Of a DNA stretch of 64,000 nt, positions 43,888 to 53,328 are shown in pieces (position 1 is the stretch's first letter; every line of letters begins with the position of its first letter). The stretch is taken from the IMG/VR virus record IMGVR_UViG_3300020221_000005, positions 39,352 to 103,351 of that record; one strand, written 5' to 3'. Under the pieces are notes generated by a model. The model saw only the letters and a program-made list of their open reading frames with translations. It made no database searches and was not told the DNA's origin. A program made the translations under genes and the position numbers. The stretch comes from a virus.

Positions 43888-45822
43888 ATGGATTCGAACG
43901 ACGCCAAAAAACCAATAGATTTAAAATCAAAAAGTCTTTTTGCAAAATTAAAAAGGTTGTTTTCCACGGATGTAGTGGTAAGAAATGTTGGTGGAAAAAT
44001 GTTAAAGATAAAGGATACTGATCAGATTCAGTATGCCACCGATAGAAATACTCTCAGAGATAGATTTAATAGAATACGTACTTCTGGCTATAGTCAATAT
44101 AGTCGTGATTTTACGATGGCGTATCAGTCGTCTAGAATAGAATTATTCCGCGATTATGATGTTATGGATATGGATCCAATAATATCATCCGCACTTGATA
44201 TTTACGCAGATGAGTGTCTTACGCAAAATGAAATGGGTTATGTTCTTAATGTAAAGGCCGATGATAATAATGTTAAAAGAATACTAGAAAATCTGTATTA
44301 TGATATTCTTAACATAGAATTCAATTTATGGAGTTGGACACGAAATATGTGTAAATATGGAGATTTTTATTTAAAATTACACATTAGTCCTGAATATGGA
44401 ATTTATTTGGTTGAACCGTTATCCGCATACAATGTTTCTCGTGTAGAAAATAGTGATCCGATGAACAAAAATTACATCAAATATCAAGTTAACTTTGAAA
44501 GTGGTGTAATGGAAGAGTTAGAAAATTATCAAGTGGCACATTTTAGATTATTATCTGATAGTAATTTTCTTCCATATGGCAAATCTATGGTTGAAGGATC
44601 TAGACGTGTTTGGAAACAATTAAGTTTAATGGAAGATGCGATGTTAATACATCGTATTATGCGGGCTCCTGAAAAAAGAGTATTTAAAATTGACGTAGGA
44701 AATATACCTCCCGGAGAAATTGATAATTTTATGGAACGTACCATGAATAAAATGAAAAAGGTTCCTTATATAGATGAAAAAACCGGCGATTATAATCTCA
44801 GATTTAATTTACAAAACATGGTGGAAGATTTTTATTTGCCTGTTCGTGGTGGAGATAGTGGAACTGATATTCAACCTTTATCCGGCATGGAATTTACCGG
44901 TACGGATGATATTGAGTATTTAAGAAATAAAATGATGGCCGCTTTAAAAATTCCCAAAGCTTTTTTGGGATATGAAGAAGATCTATCTGGAAAAGCCACA
45001 TTAGCGGCTGAAGACGTTAGATTTGGTCGAACCATTCACCGTATTCAAAAAATATTGATTAGCGAATTGACAAAGCTCGGCGTAGTTCATTTATACTCTC
45101 AAGGATTTACTGATGAAAATTTGGTTAATTTTAGCTTAGAATTAACAAATCCATCAACTATCTTTGAAAAAGAAAAAATTGATATTTGGGGAAATAAAGT
45201 GACGGTGGCCAAAGATATGATGGAAAATAAATTGTTTTCTAAAGATTGGATATATAAAAATATTTTTAATATGTCGGATGAGGACGTATTGAATACAAAT
45301 AGCGAAGTTGTAGAAGATGCCAAACAGAGTTGGAGGTTTAAACAAATAGAAGAAGAAGGTAATGACCCCGCATCTTCTTTACAAAAAATAAATAAAGATG
45401 GAGAATCGGAAGACGCGGGCGGTGGTTCTGATGAAACTTCTAGCGAAACTTCTAGCGAAACCCCTAGCGAAACCCCTAGCGAAACCCCTAGCGAAACCCC
45501 TAGCGAAACCCCTAGCGAACCTGCTAGCGCAGCTCCGCCATTAGCCGAAAAAACAGATCGACCTTCTCAAAAAGGGAAAAAAGACGCAAGAAATTACCCA
45601 TTTGGAGAAGATCCGCTGGGAAGATTAGAGAATCGAGCCGATTATCGTAAAAATCCGATTTCCCATAAATATAAAAATCAATCACCGTTAGGGTTTGAAT
45701 CTTTAAATTTAGGTAAATTATCAGATTTTTTGGCTAAAGATGATAAAAAAGAAAAATTGAAAGAATCTTCAAAAGTTAAATCTTTATTAGATGAGAATAA
45801 TATAATAGATAATTTAAAATAA
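43888..45822 (+). CDS. gp20: portal protein (T4 gp20-like)
   Basis: LMEDAMLIHRIMRAPEKRVFKIDVGN, EDFYLPVRGG, DIEYLRNKMMAALKIP. Confidence 0.95.
   Translation: MDSNDAKKPIDLKSKSLFAKLKRLFSTDVVVRNVGGKMLKIKDTDQIQYATDRNTLRDRFNRIRTSGYSQYSRDFTMAYQSSRIELFRDYDVMDMDPIISSALDIYADECLTQNEMGYVLNVKADDNNVKRILENLYYDILNIEFNLWSWTRNMCKYGDFYLKLHISPEYGIYLVEPLSAYNVSRVENSDPMNKNYIKYQVNFESGVMEELENYQVAHFRLLSDSNFLPYGKSMVEGSRRVWKQLSLMEDAMLIHRIMRAPEKRVFKIDVGNIPPGEIDNFMERTMNKMKKVPYIDEKTGDYNLRFNLQNMVEDFYLPVRGGDSGTDIQPLSGMEFTGTDDIEYLRNKMMAALKIPKAFLGYEEDLSGKATLAAEDVRFGRTIHRIQKILISELTKLGVVHLYSQGFTDENLVNFSLELTNPSTIFEKEKIDIWGNKVTVAKDMMENKLFSKDWIYKNIFNMSDEDVLNTNSEVVEDAKQSWRFKQIEEEGNDPASSLQKINKDGESEDAGGGSDETSSETSSETPSETPSETPSETPSETPSEPASAAPPLAEKTDRPSQKGKKDARNYPFGEDPLGRLENRADYRKNPISHKYKNQSPLGFESLNLGKLSDFLAKDDKKEKLKESSKVKSLLDENNIIDNLK
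45433..45528 (+). repeat. 12-bp tandem repeat x8 (gaaacccctagc; ETPS) in the portal C-terminal tail
   Basis: Directly visible. Confidence 0.92.
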
Positions 45823-45886
45823 ATACACTATAAATGTGTTTTTTTTAAAAGACTAATATATTTATAAACTAAAGTAGTTAGATAAT

Positions 45887-46753
45887 ATGCATAAATCTAA
45901 ACATTCTAAATTCAAAAATACAGGTATATTATTTGAATTATTAACACGGCAAATTACTGCGGATATTTTGGCAGGAAAAGATGAGTCTAAAGCAAAGGAT
46001 ATTTTGTTCAAATATTTTAAAGAACACACTCAGTTAGGAAAGGAATGGCAACTTTATAATTTTTTAGTAAATGAACAATTTTTAGATGATACAAAAGCGG
46101 ATAGAGCAATTTCTGTGGTTTTAAAATCAAGAGAAAAAATAAATAACAAAAAATTAATTCAAGAAAAATACGAACTGATAAAAGAAATAAAAGATACCTA
46201 CCCAATTGATAAATTTTTAAAGTCAGGAATAAAAAATTATAAAATATACGCGTCTATTTATAAAGTTTTTGAAAGTCACGTTGGAAATATTTCTTTTAGA
46301 GCCGATGAAATATTTCAAGCAAAAAATTGTTTGATTGAGAGTCTTGTCTCCGTTAAAAACTCAGTTGAATCTAAAGAAGATTCATTGCTCAGTCGATATA
46401 AAAAAGAAAGTGAAGAAGTTAGATTATTAGCCTATAAGTTTTTAATAGAAAATCTAAATAAAAAATATAGTGCATTAGATGATAATCAAAAAAATATATT
46501 AAAAGAATATATTAATGGAATTTCAACCGCAGGCTCTATAACCCACTTTATACTTGAAGAAAAAAATAAAGTTAAATCCGAACTTTCTTATTTGATTGAA
46601 AAGATAGATTCTCAAGTCATAAAAATTAAAATAAATGAAGTGTTAAATCAATTATCTAAAATAAACACTGATAAAGGCGTGCGAGATAATCATGTAATGG
46701 TATTGCTTCTCTCTCACGAATTAGTTAAAGAAATAAAAAATCATATAACATGA
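45887..46753 (+). CDS. head-region protein of unknown function
   Basis: KHSKFKNTGILFELL N-terminus; late motif at 45859; between portal and protease. Confidence 0.75.
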   Translation: MHKSKHSKFKNTGILFELLTRQITADILAGKDESKAKDILFKYFKEHTQLGKEWQLYNFLVNEQFLDDTKADRAISVVLKSREKINNKKLIQEKYELIKEIKDTYPIDKFLKSGIKNYKIYASIYKVFESHVGNISFRADEIFQAKNCLIESLVSVKNSVESKEDSLLSRYKKESEEVRLLAYKFLIENLNKKYSALDDNQKNILKEYINGISTAGSITHFILEEKNKVKSELSYLIEKIDSQVIKIKINEVLNQLSKINTDKGVRDNHVMVLLLSHELVKEIKNHIT

Positions 46754-47562
46754 GTAAATTAAAAAACATCATAAAAGAACTTACCAAAGAAATAATGGAT
46801 GAAATGTCCACTACGGGAGGCGTGGCCGGCTATTCTACACCTTTTGCTTTTAGTAAAGGTGGAAAAAATAAAGCTACTAAAGCTATGGAAAAGTTGGGAT
46901 TTAAAACTGTAGAAGAAAAAATGGATCCGGTTGGAAAAGAGGATAGCGATATTAATAATGATGGAAAAGTGAATAAACAAGATAAATATCTTTTAAATCG
47001 TAGAAAAAAAATCGGTCACGCAATTGCACGTAGAAACAGCGGTAGGTTAGATGAAGAAACGGTTGATATTTCTGCGACAATTATAGACCCCCTTAAAAAA
47101 ACAGCGGAAACTTTAGATAAAGAACAAAAAACTAAGCTAGAAGCTAAATTAAAAGAGTTTGAGACTCAGTTACAACAAAAAATTTCTGGAAAAATTATAA
47201 ATTTTAAAGGTAAAAAGGGTGACCCTTATCAATCAGTAAAAGATTATCGCGTAAGACTATCACCGTATGCAGCAACTCCGATTGAAATTGAAAACTGGCC
47301 AAGTAAAAATAATCCTTTAAATTTTCAAATAAAAATTATAGGAAAGCAAATTTCAGATACTGGAAAGGAATTCGGCGTCGAGTCAGGATTTTTTATAGAT
47401 TTTTCTCTTCCGAATTCATTTTCAATTGGAGATGCAGCTCAACCGGCTGCTCAACCAGCTGCTCAACCGGCTGCTCAACCAGCTGCTCAACCGGCTGCTC
47501 AACCAGCTGCTCAACCAGCTGCTCAACCAGCAAATACTCTTGATGGACAAGTTGCCAGATAA
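46750..47562 (+). CDS. putative prohead core/internal protein
   Basis: MSKLKNIIKELTKEIMDE leader, EMSTTGGVAGYSTPFAF, EF-hand-like DINNDGKVNKQD, AAQP repeats. Confidence 0.65.
   Translation: MSKLKNIIKELTKEIMDEMSTTGGVAGYSTPFAFSKGGKNKATKAMEKLGFKTVEEKMDPVGKEDSDINNDGKVNKQDKYLLNRRKKIGHAIARRNSGRLDEETVDISATIIDPLKKTAETLDKEQKTKLEAKLKEFETQLQQKISGKIINFKGKKGDPYQSVKDYRVRLSPYAATPIEIENWPSKNNPLNFQIKIIGKQISDTGKEFGVESGFFIDFSLPNSFSIGDAAQPAAQPAAQPAAQPAAQPAAQPAAQPAAQPANTLDGQVAR
47434..47529 (+). repeat. 12-bp tandem repeat x8 (gctgctcaacc[ag]; AAQP)
   Basis: Directly visible. Confidence 0.92.
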
Positions 47563-47566
47563 AATT

Positions 47567-48181
47567 ATGAATAAACAATTATTAACAAATTGTATTCCTT
47601 TTCAAACAGTAAAAACTACGCTGAATGAATCTACGTCGGTAGCAGGAAAAATGGTGGTCTCAGGAATTTTACAAAGAGCCAATGCAAAAAATCAAAATGG
47701 TAGAATTTATCCATTAGATGTTCTTAAACGAGAGGTTGAAAAGTATAATCAAACTTTTGTAAAAGAAAAACGTGCGGTAGGAGAACTTGATCATCCAGAT
47801 AGTGAAGTTGTAAATCTTAAAAATGTTTCTCATAATATTACTAAAACTTGGTGGGACAATAACGATTTAATGGGTGAAGTGGAAATTTTAACTACTCCGA
47901 GTGGAAATATTTTAAAAGAACTATTAAAGTGTGGAATTACCGTTGGAATTTCCAGCCGAGGATCAGGTTCGGTAAAAAAAGTAAATGAAAGTACTGTTGA
48001 AGTCAACGATGACTTCTCACTAATAGCTTTTGACTTTGTTAGCAATCCTTCGACTGTTGGAGCTTTTATGTTACCCGAGTCTCCTTTGAATGAATCTGTA
48101 AAAATTTTACAAAATCCCATTACTAACAAATGGGAAACTGTGGAAAAAATAATACGTGATATTATTAACGAAATAAAATAA
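47567..48181 (+). CDS. gp21: prohead core protease (T4 gp21-like); true start ATG 47567
   Basis: NQNGRIYP, GELDHP, VSHNIT, ILTTPSG, GISSRGSGS, FDFVSNPS. Confidence 0.94.
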   Translation: MNKQLLTNCIPFQTVKTTLNESTSVAGKMVVSGILQRANAKNQNGRIYPLDVLKREVEKYNQTFVKEKRAVGELDHPDSEVVNLKNVSHNITKTWWDNNDLMGEVEILTTPSGNILKELLKCGITVGISSRGSGSVKKVNESTVEVNDDFSLIAFDFVSNPSTVGAFMLPESPLNESVKILQNPITNKWETVEKIIRDIINEIK

Positions 48182-48255
48182 TCTTATAAAGTAAATTTAA
48201 TTGGTTAGTTTATTGTTCTACTATATAATTATACTCAAAATCAAAGGGTATAAGT

Positions 48256-49923
48256 ATGATCGACTGGATTCGAGAAAAGGTAATTGTAAATGGTAAATTG
48301 TTGCCTGAAAGAAGTAAGAAGTCGTGGTTTATAAAAAATGGTCACTGCGATCGATATGATGAAATAGTCAGTCAAACTTCTTTCTTAAAAGATCCCACTT
48401 TTGCACAAAGAATTTGGCACGTTTATCACAATCAATCTTTTCTTTCAAAATGTTGTAATCCTAAATGTGAAAGAATTCCAAAGTTCTTTTCTTTTTCTAA
48501 AGGTTATTTAAGAACGTGTTCATCAACATGCGCGCAACATGATCCACAAACAATAAATAAAATTAAATCTACAAACATTAAAAAATATGGAGTGGAGTAT
48601 GGATTAAGCAACAAAGAAATAAAAGAAAAAATAAATAAAACAGTAAAACAAAAGTATGGTGTAGATAACGTTTCACAATTAAAAGAAATATCGGAAAAGA
48701 AAGTAAAAACTTGTTTTGAAAATTATGGAGTAAAGTGGATATTGAGTGATCAAAAAAGAAAAGAAAAAAGTATATACAAAAAGTATGGCGTTAAAAATGT
48801 TAGAAATTTAAAAAATGTGAACGATAAAATTTCTGCCACTCGTCGTGGCGGTTTTTACGATTACTTGTTTGTGTCAGATAGATTAAGAGGCAAGGTTTTA
48901 CCTTTATTTACAAAAGAGGAATACGTAAATGGGGGTTATTATTCTGACTACAAATTTAAATGTTGTAAATGTAATGTTGAATTTGTGGATTGTTTGGAAG
49001 ACGGAGACATCCCTCGATGTAATGTTTGTTATAAAAATTCATCGTTGTTTGAGAAAGAAATTGTAGATTTTGTTAGGGCGACATTGATCAACGAAGTGGT
49101 CGAAGAGAATAATAAAAAAATATTAAATGGTTATGAGATTGATGTGTATGTTCCTTCAAAGAAAATCGCAATAGAATGTGATGGATTATTTTGGCATGGA
49201 GAAATCAATGGTCTAAAAGATAAAAACTATCATTTAAATAAAACAAAAGAATGTTTGGATAAAGGTATAAGATTAATTCATATATTTGAAGACGAGTGGT
49301 TGTTTAATAAAGAGATCGTTAAGAATAGACTAAAATATATGTTGGGTTGTGAAACAAATAAAATTTATGCGAGAAATTGTAATGTTAGAATTATAGACTC
49401 TAAAAAATGTTGTGACTTTTTAGAAAAATATCACATTCAAGGAAAAGATTCTAGTAGTATAAAATTGGGGTTGTTTCTTGGAGAGGAGTTAGTATCCACG
49501 ATGACGTTCGGAAATATGAGAACGTGCCTTGGAAATAAAAATAATAATTCTGAATACGAATTATATAGGTTTTGTAATAAAAACATCAGCGTCGTGGGTG
49601 GATTCAGTAAATTATTGAATTTTTTTATAAAAACATACAATCCAAATAAAATTATTAGTTATGTCGATCGAAGGTGGAACGATGGAAAATCATATGAAAC
49701 GGTCGGATTTAAATTTGTGAAATCTACACCGCCGAATTATTGGTATTTTGGTAAAAACAAAAATTATAAAAGACATCACAGATTTAATTTTGCAAAACAC
49801 ACATTAAAGAATAAGTTGTCTAATTTTGATAATAATTTAACTGAGTGGGAGAACATGAAAAATAACGGATATGATAGAATTTGGGACTGTGGCAATATAA
49901 AATACGAATTATTTTATAAATAA
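48256..49923 (+). CDS. Hef-like free-standing endonuclease (KKYGV repeats, Zn ribbons, Vsr/DUF559-like nuclease, GNAT-like C-terminal domain)
   Basis: KKYGVE repeats; EIDVYVPSKKIAIECDGLFWH...RLIHIFEDEW; IYARNC...YELYRFC...IISYVDRRW...IWDCG. Confidence 0.8.
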   Translation: MIDWIREKVIVNGKLLPERSKKSWFIKNGHCDRYDEIVSQTSFLKDPTFAQRIWHVYHNQSFLSKCCNPKCERIPKFFSFSKGYLRTCSSTCAQHDPQTINKIKSTNIKKYGVEYGLSNKEIKEKINKTVKQKYGVDNVSQLKEISEKKVKTCFENYGVKWILSDQKRKEKSIYKKYGVKNVRNLKNVNDKISATRRGGFYDYLFVSDRLRGKVLPLFTKEEYVNGGYYSDYKFKCCKCNVEFVDCLEDGDIPRCNVCYKNSSLFEKEIVDFVRATLINEVVEENNKKILNGYEIDVYVPSKKIAIECDGLFWHGEINGLKDKNYHLNKTKECLDKGIRLIHIFEDEWLFNKEIVKNRLKYMLGCETNKIYARNCNVRIIDSKKCCDFLEKYHIQGKDSSSIKLGLFLGEELVSTMTFGNMRTCLGNKNNNSEYELYRFCNKNISVVGGFSKLLNFFIKTYNPNKIISYVDRRWNDGKSYETVGFKFVKSTPPNYWYFGKNKNYKRHHRFNFAKHTLKNKLSNFDNNLTEWENMKNNGYDRIWDCGNIKYELFYK

Positions 49924-49956
49924 ATACTATTTATAGTCGTATAAATATTAAAATAT

Positions 49957-50571
49957 ATGCCCGCAAAAAGTGAAAAACAAGCTAGATTTTTTAGGTTGGT
50001 AAAAGGCGTTCAGTCAGGAAATGTATCGCCTTCTAAAGTGTCAAAAAATGTTAAAAACGTAGCTAACACTATGAGTAAAAAAAGCGTAAATGATTTTACC
50101 AAACTAAAAGAATATATAAAAAAACAAGTATCAGAGATTATTTGTGAAATAGATAATCCTGTGGTGAAAAATGTGGAAGCGGTTGACAATTTTGACGAAT
50201 TCGTTTCTCGTCCTGAAAATCAAGGTGTAAATTTTACTGACGACGAGTTGTCGGCGGTTGATACTATTTCTAATAAACCCGACGAAAAAACTCCTAATAA
50301 AATTAGTTACAATTCTACAGAAACAACTACAGGTAATAATAAACAATTGATTGTAATTAAAAAAGCCACTCCAAAAAAGGTATATATAGCGATTTGTTGC
50401 CCAAATAGATCTCCGGTGAATATAAGTGATACCGATTCGTCAAAATCTGATTCAAAAAATAAAAAAGATAAAATAATTATTAAGATAAGTAAAAATTATG
50501 AAGATTCAGAGAATTGCTCGGTTCTTTATAATTTTATAAATTATATAATTAAAGAATATAATATAACGTGA
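49957..50571 (+). CDS. hypothetical head-region protein (MPAKSEKQARFF N-terminus)
   Basis: Late motif at 49928; basic N-terminal motif followed by KLKEYIKKQVSEIICE. Confidence 0.72.
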   Translation: MPAKSEKQARFFRLVKGVQSGNVSPSKVSKNVKNVANTMSKKSVNDFTKLKEYIKKQVSEIICEIDNPVVKNVEAVDNFDEFVSRPENQGVNFTDDELSAVDTISNKPDEKTPNKISYNSTETTTGNNKQLIVIKKATPKKVYIAICCPNRSPVNISDTDSSKSDSKNKKDKIIIKISKNYEDSENCSVLYNFINYIIKEYNIT

Positions 50572-50885
50572 ATATTTTAAATCTAAAGGATATTAAAGAC
50601 TCTGATATGATTCCTCCTGACGATTGGAATTATCACTGTTGGCAGATCCTTGATGATTTGGGATTTAAATTAGATGGTTCTTTTAAAATGTCATTGGATC
50701 ATAAAGACGACTTTGAAGGCATAAAAAAAATGATGAAGATGATAGTATTTAAAAAGAAAGACGGTTGGTATCTTGAGTATATAAAAAATAATAATGATAT
50801 TGATGGAGAACCAGTTAAAATAGAACAAATAAAAAAATTCTCGGATTTAACAGAAATAATACATGATATTTTTCAAAAATTTTAA
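50568..50885 (+). CDS. hypothetical protein (GTG start)
   Basis: GTGA overlap with the upstream stop. Confidence 0.65.
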   Translation: MNILNLKDIKDSDMIPPDDWNYHCWQILDDLGFKLDGSFKMSLDHKDDFEGIKKMMKMIVFKKKDGWYLEYIKNNNDIDGEPVKIEQIKKFSDLTEIIHDIFQKF

Positions 50886-50897
50886 CTATTTATAATC

Positions 50898-51311
50898 ATG
50901 ATACAGTTAAAAAATTTATTGCCTGAAAACACTCAAGCTCCACAACCACAAGAAAATCAAAGTGGTGTTTCGGAAACTTCTTCCAAATTGACCATCGAAC
51001 AAAAAAGAAAATTATCGGAGATGGTATCCCGATATAATGAATATGGAAAAATACTTTATCGTGAGAAAAAAATAACGGAGATTGCTCAGAATTTACAAGA
51101 AATCTCCGATTTAGCAGAAAACTATGCTTTAAATGAATGTGGTGATTGGTTTGAGGAGAATATAGTTAAAAGAAACTTTCAAGAAATGAAAAAATATTGT
51201 GAACAGTTTGGAAAATTAGCAAAAGAAACTCAATCCAAACAACATCAAATGGAAGCTCTATACGAAGATATGGGACATATCTTAGAGAGATATTTTGAAA
51301 TTAAAGGTTAA
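50898..51311 (+). CDS. helical head-region protein
   Basis: MIQLKNLLPE leader; ALYEDMGHILERYFEI C-terminus; late motif at 50887. Confidence 0.75.
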   Translation: MIQLKNLLPENTQAPQPQENQSGVSETSSKLTIEQKRKLSEMVSRYNEYGKILYREKKITEIAQNLQEISDLAENYALNECGDWFEENIVKRNFQEMKKYCEQFGKLAKETQSKQHQMEALYEDMGHILERYFEIKG

Positions 51312-53079
51312 GTTCGTATTTAAGATTTCCGCAATCCCAAATTCTATCATATCCATTTAATTGCATATTTTCCCATTCTGTCAGTGATGAATCGAAATTA
51401 TTTAATCTGTTTTTCAATTCCGATTTTCTAAATGTAAATCTGTGGAACCTTTGTAGATAATTTTTCTTATTGACGTAAAAATAATTTGGGCTAGTTTTTT
51501 TACAAAAAATGAATCCCAGTTTTTTGTAAAGATTATTTAAATTAAACGACCATCTTCTGTCTGCGTAGCTTATAATTTTTTTGGGATTGTAATTTTTAAT
51601 AAAATTGTTTAGTAATTTTTCGGCTCCGCCTATAACAACATTTTCCGAACAATATCTTATTAATTCGTATTCGTTATTATTGACGTTAATATTTCCTGTG
51701 ACACGCCTAAGTTGTCCGAATGACATTGTGGATATTAATTTATCTTTAAAAAATAATCCTAATTTTATTTTTGCCGGCGTAAATCCTTGCAAATGATTAT
51801 TTTCTATAAATTCACGATATTCTTTCGTTGATATTGTTTTTACAATACAATTTCTTGCATATATTTTTTCAACTTTTCCTATTTTTAGTATACTTTTTAT
51901 ACGATTTATTATAATATTCTGTTTTAAACGCCATTCATCTTCAAATATATGAATTAGTCTTATATTCTTGGATTCACATAATTCGGTTTTATTTATGTGA
52001 TATTGTTTATTCTTTAAGCCACCAAGTTCACTGTGAAAATAATTTCCGTTCATTTCTATAGCGACTCCCTTATCTGGAAAATAAATGTCTAATTCTAGTC
52101 CATCACACACAACTTTATCATTAAAAATTAAATTTTTTAATCCTAAATCATCTATTAAAAAATTCTTTAGTTCAGATTCCATCAAGGATTTTTCTTTCTT
52201 AGAAGGATTACATTTTAAACATTGTGGAAAATTGCCGTCATCTAATGTGTCCAGAAATTCTTGATTGCATTTCATGCACTGAAATTTATATTTATGGCCG
52301 ACTCCTTCATAATCTTCAATTGAAAATAAAGGTTTATATAATTTTTTGAGTCTTTCTCCATTAATCAGTGAGTTATATAATTTCAACAAAGATCTTTTCT
52401 TGCTTTTTTTTCTGGCCTCTTCTGTTTGAGAATAACAATTTACATTAAAGTTTTTTTTATAAAAATTTTTGGTTTTTTCTTTCTTATCGTTTGAAGATAA
52501 ATAATATTCGGTTCCATATTTTTTTAAATTTGTATTTTTTGATTTATCTAAAAATATTTTATCCTTCATCGGATGTTCTACCCCATATTTTTTAATACAT
52601 GTTTGTTTACACTTTTCTTTATATTCTTGAGTTTGCGAATAAAATTCTACTCCGTATTTTTTAATATTCTTTAATTTCAAATCACGTTTAAAGTTTTCAG
52701 TTTTAAAGATATTATCAACTCCATATTTTTTAACAATCGCATCTTTAGATTTATTTTTAACATCGTTTGATTGCATTGCATCTTTAACGCCGTATTTAGA
52801 CAAACAAGTTAATTGTGCTTTTTCTCTTAACTCTGACGACATTCCAGCGTTTTTAACTCCATACTTTTTAAGCATTGTGTCTTCTCTTTTTAACTTGATG
52901 CATGAAATGTTTTCACACACATCAATATCAGATTTTGAATTTTTTCTGGCAGAATATATGTTTAAAGATTTTTTTTCAAAAATACACCCGCATAAATCAC
53001 ACTTAACGACGATGTGTTTTATCGAAAACTTAGAAGGTATTTCTCCAAATTTTTTAATGGTTAATTCATTATCAATCAT
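51301..53079 (-). CDS. second Hef-like endonuclease (592 aa from ATG 53079), paralog of 48256-49923
   Basis: MIDNELT... preceded by AGGAGA; KKYGV repeats; ELDIYFPDKGVAIEMNGNYFH...RLIHIFEDEW; IYARNC...YELIRYC...IISYADRRW...IWDCG. Confidence 0.8.
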   Translation of the reverse strand: MIDNELTIKKFGEIPSKFSIKHIVVKCDLCGCIFEKKSLNIYSARKNSKSDIDVCENISCIKLKREDTMLKKYGVKNAGMSSELREKAQLTCLSKYGVKDAMQSNDVKNKSKDAIVKKYGVDNIFKTENFKRDLKLKNIKKYGVEFYSQTQEYKEKCKQTCIKKYGVEHPMKDKIFLDKSKNTNLKKYGTEYYLSSNDKKEKTKNFYKKNFNVNCYSQTEEARKKSKKRSLLKLYNSLINGERLKKLYKPLFSIEDYEGVGHKYKFQCMKCNQEFLDTLDDGNFPQCLKCNPSKKEKSLMESELKNFLIDDLGLKNLIFNDKVVCDGLELDIYFPDKGVAIEMNGNYFHSELGGLKNKQYHINKTELCESKNIRLIHIFEDEWRLKQNIIINRIKSILKIGKVEKIYARNCIVKTISTKEYREFIENNHLQGFTPAKIKLGLFFKDKLISTMSFGQLRRVTGNINVNNNEYELIRYCSENVVIGGAEKLLNNFIKNYNPKKIISYADRRWSFNLNNLYKKLGFIFCKKTSPNYFYVNKKNYLQRFHRFTFRKSELKNRLNNFDSSLTEWENMQLNGYDRIWDCGNLKYELNL

Positions 53080-53165
53080 AATATCTCCTATATCTACATA
53101 TAGTATACATATTGTTACGTTAATAAAATAATTTAATTTTTTTTGTTTTTTATTTATTTTATTTA

Positions 53166-53173
53166 TATTTATA
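53166..53173 (+). promoter_or_regulatory. late promoter motif TATTTATA for the scaffold-capsid operon (representative of about 17 copies)
   Basis: The same motif or a 1-nt variant lies upstream of late genes at 306, 3642, 6602, 9599, 13093, 19832, 21595, 30076, 35077, 43869, 45859, 49928, 50887, 58017, 60116 and 63020. Confidence 0.75.
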
Positions 53174-53328
53174 GTCAATGGGTGTGGAACCATCCTAAAT
53201 AAACTAAGTAGAAATTGTCTACAGTAGTTCCTGTTTAAATACAATATCTTCATATATTGTTGAATGAAATTTAACTTCAATTGAAGTTCAACAATAACTT
53301 CATAAAAATTAAAAACATAAATTAAAAT

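Noticed and set aside
47426-47566. N-terminal (NRLL/NQLL) extension of the protease ORF
   Set aside because: Out-of-frame reading of the AAQP repeat in the upstream gene; real start ATG 47567.
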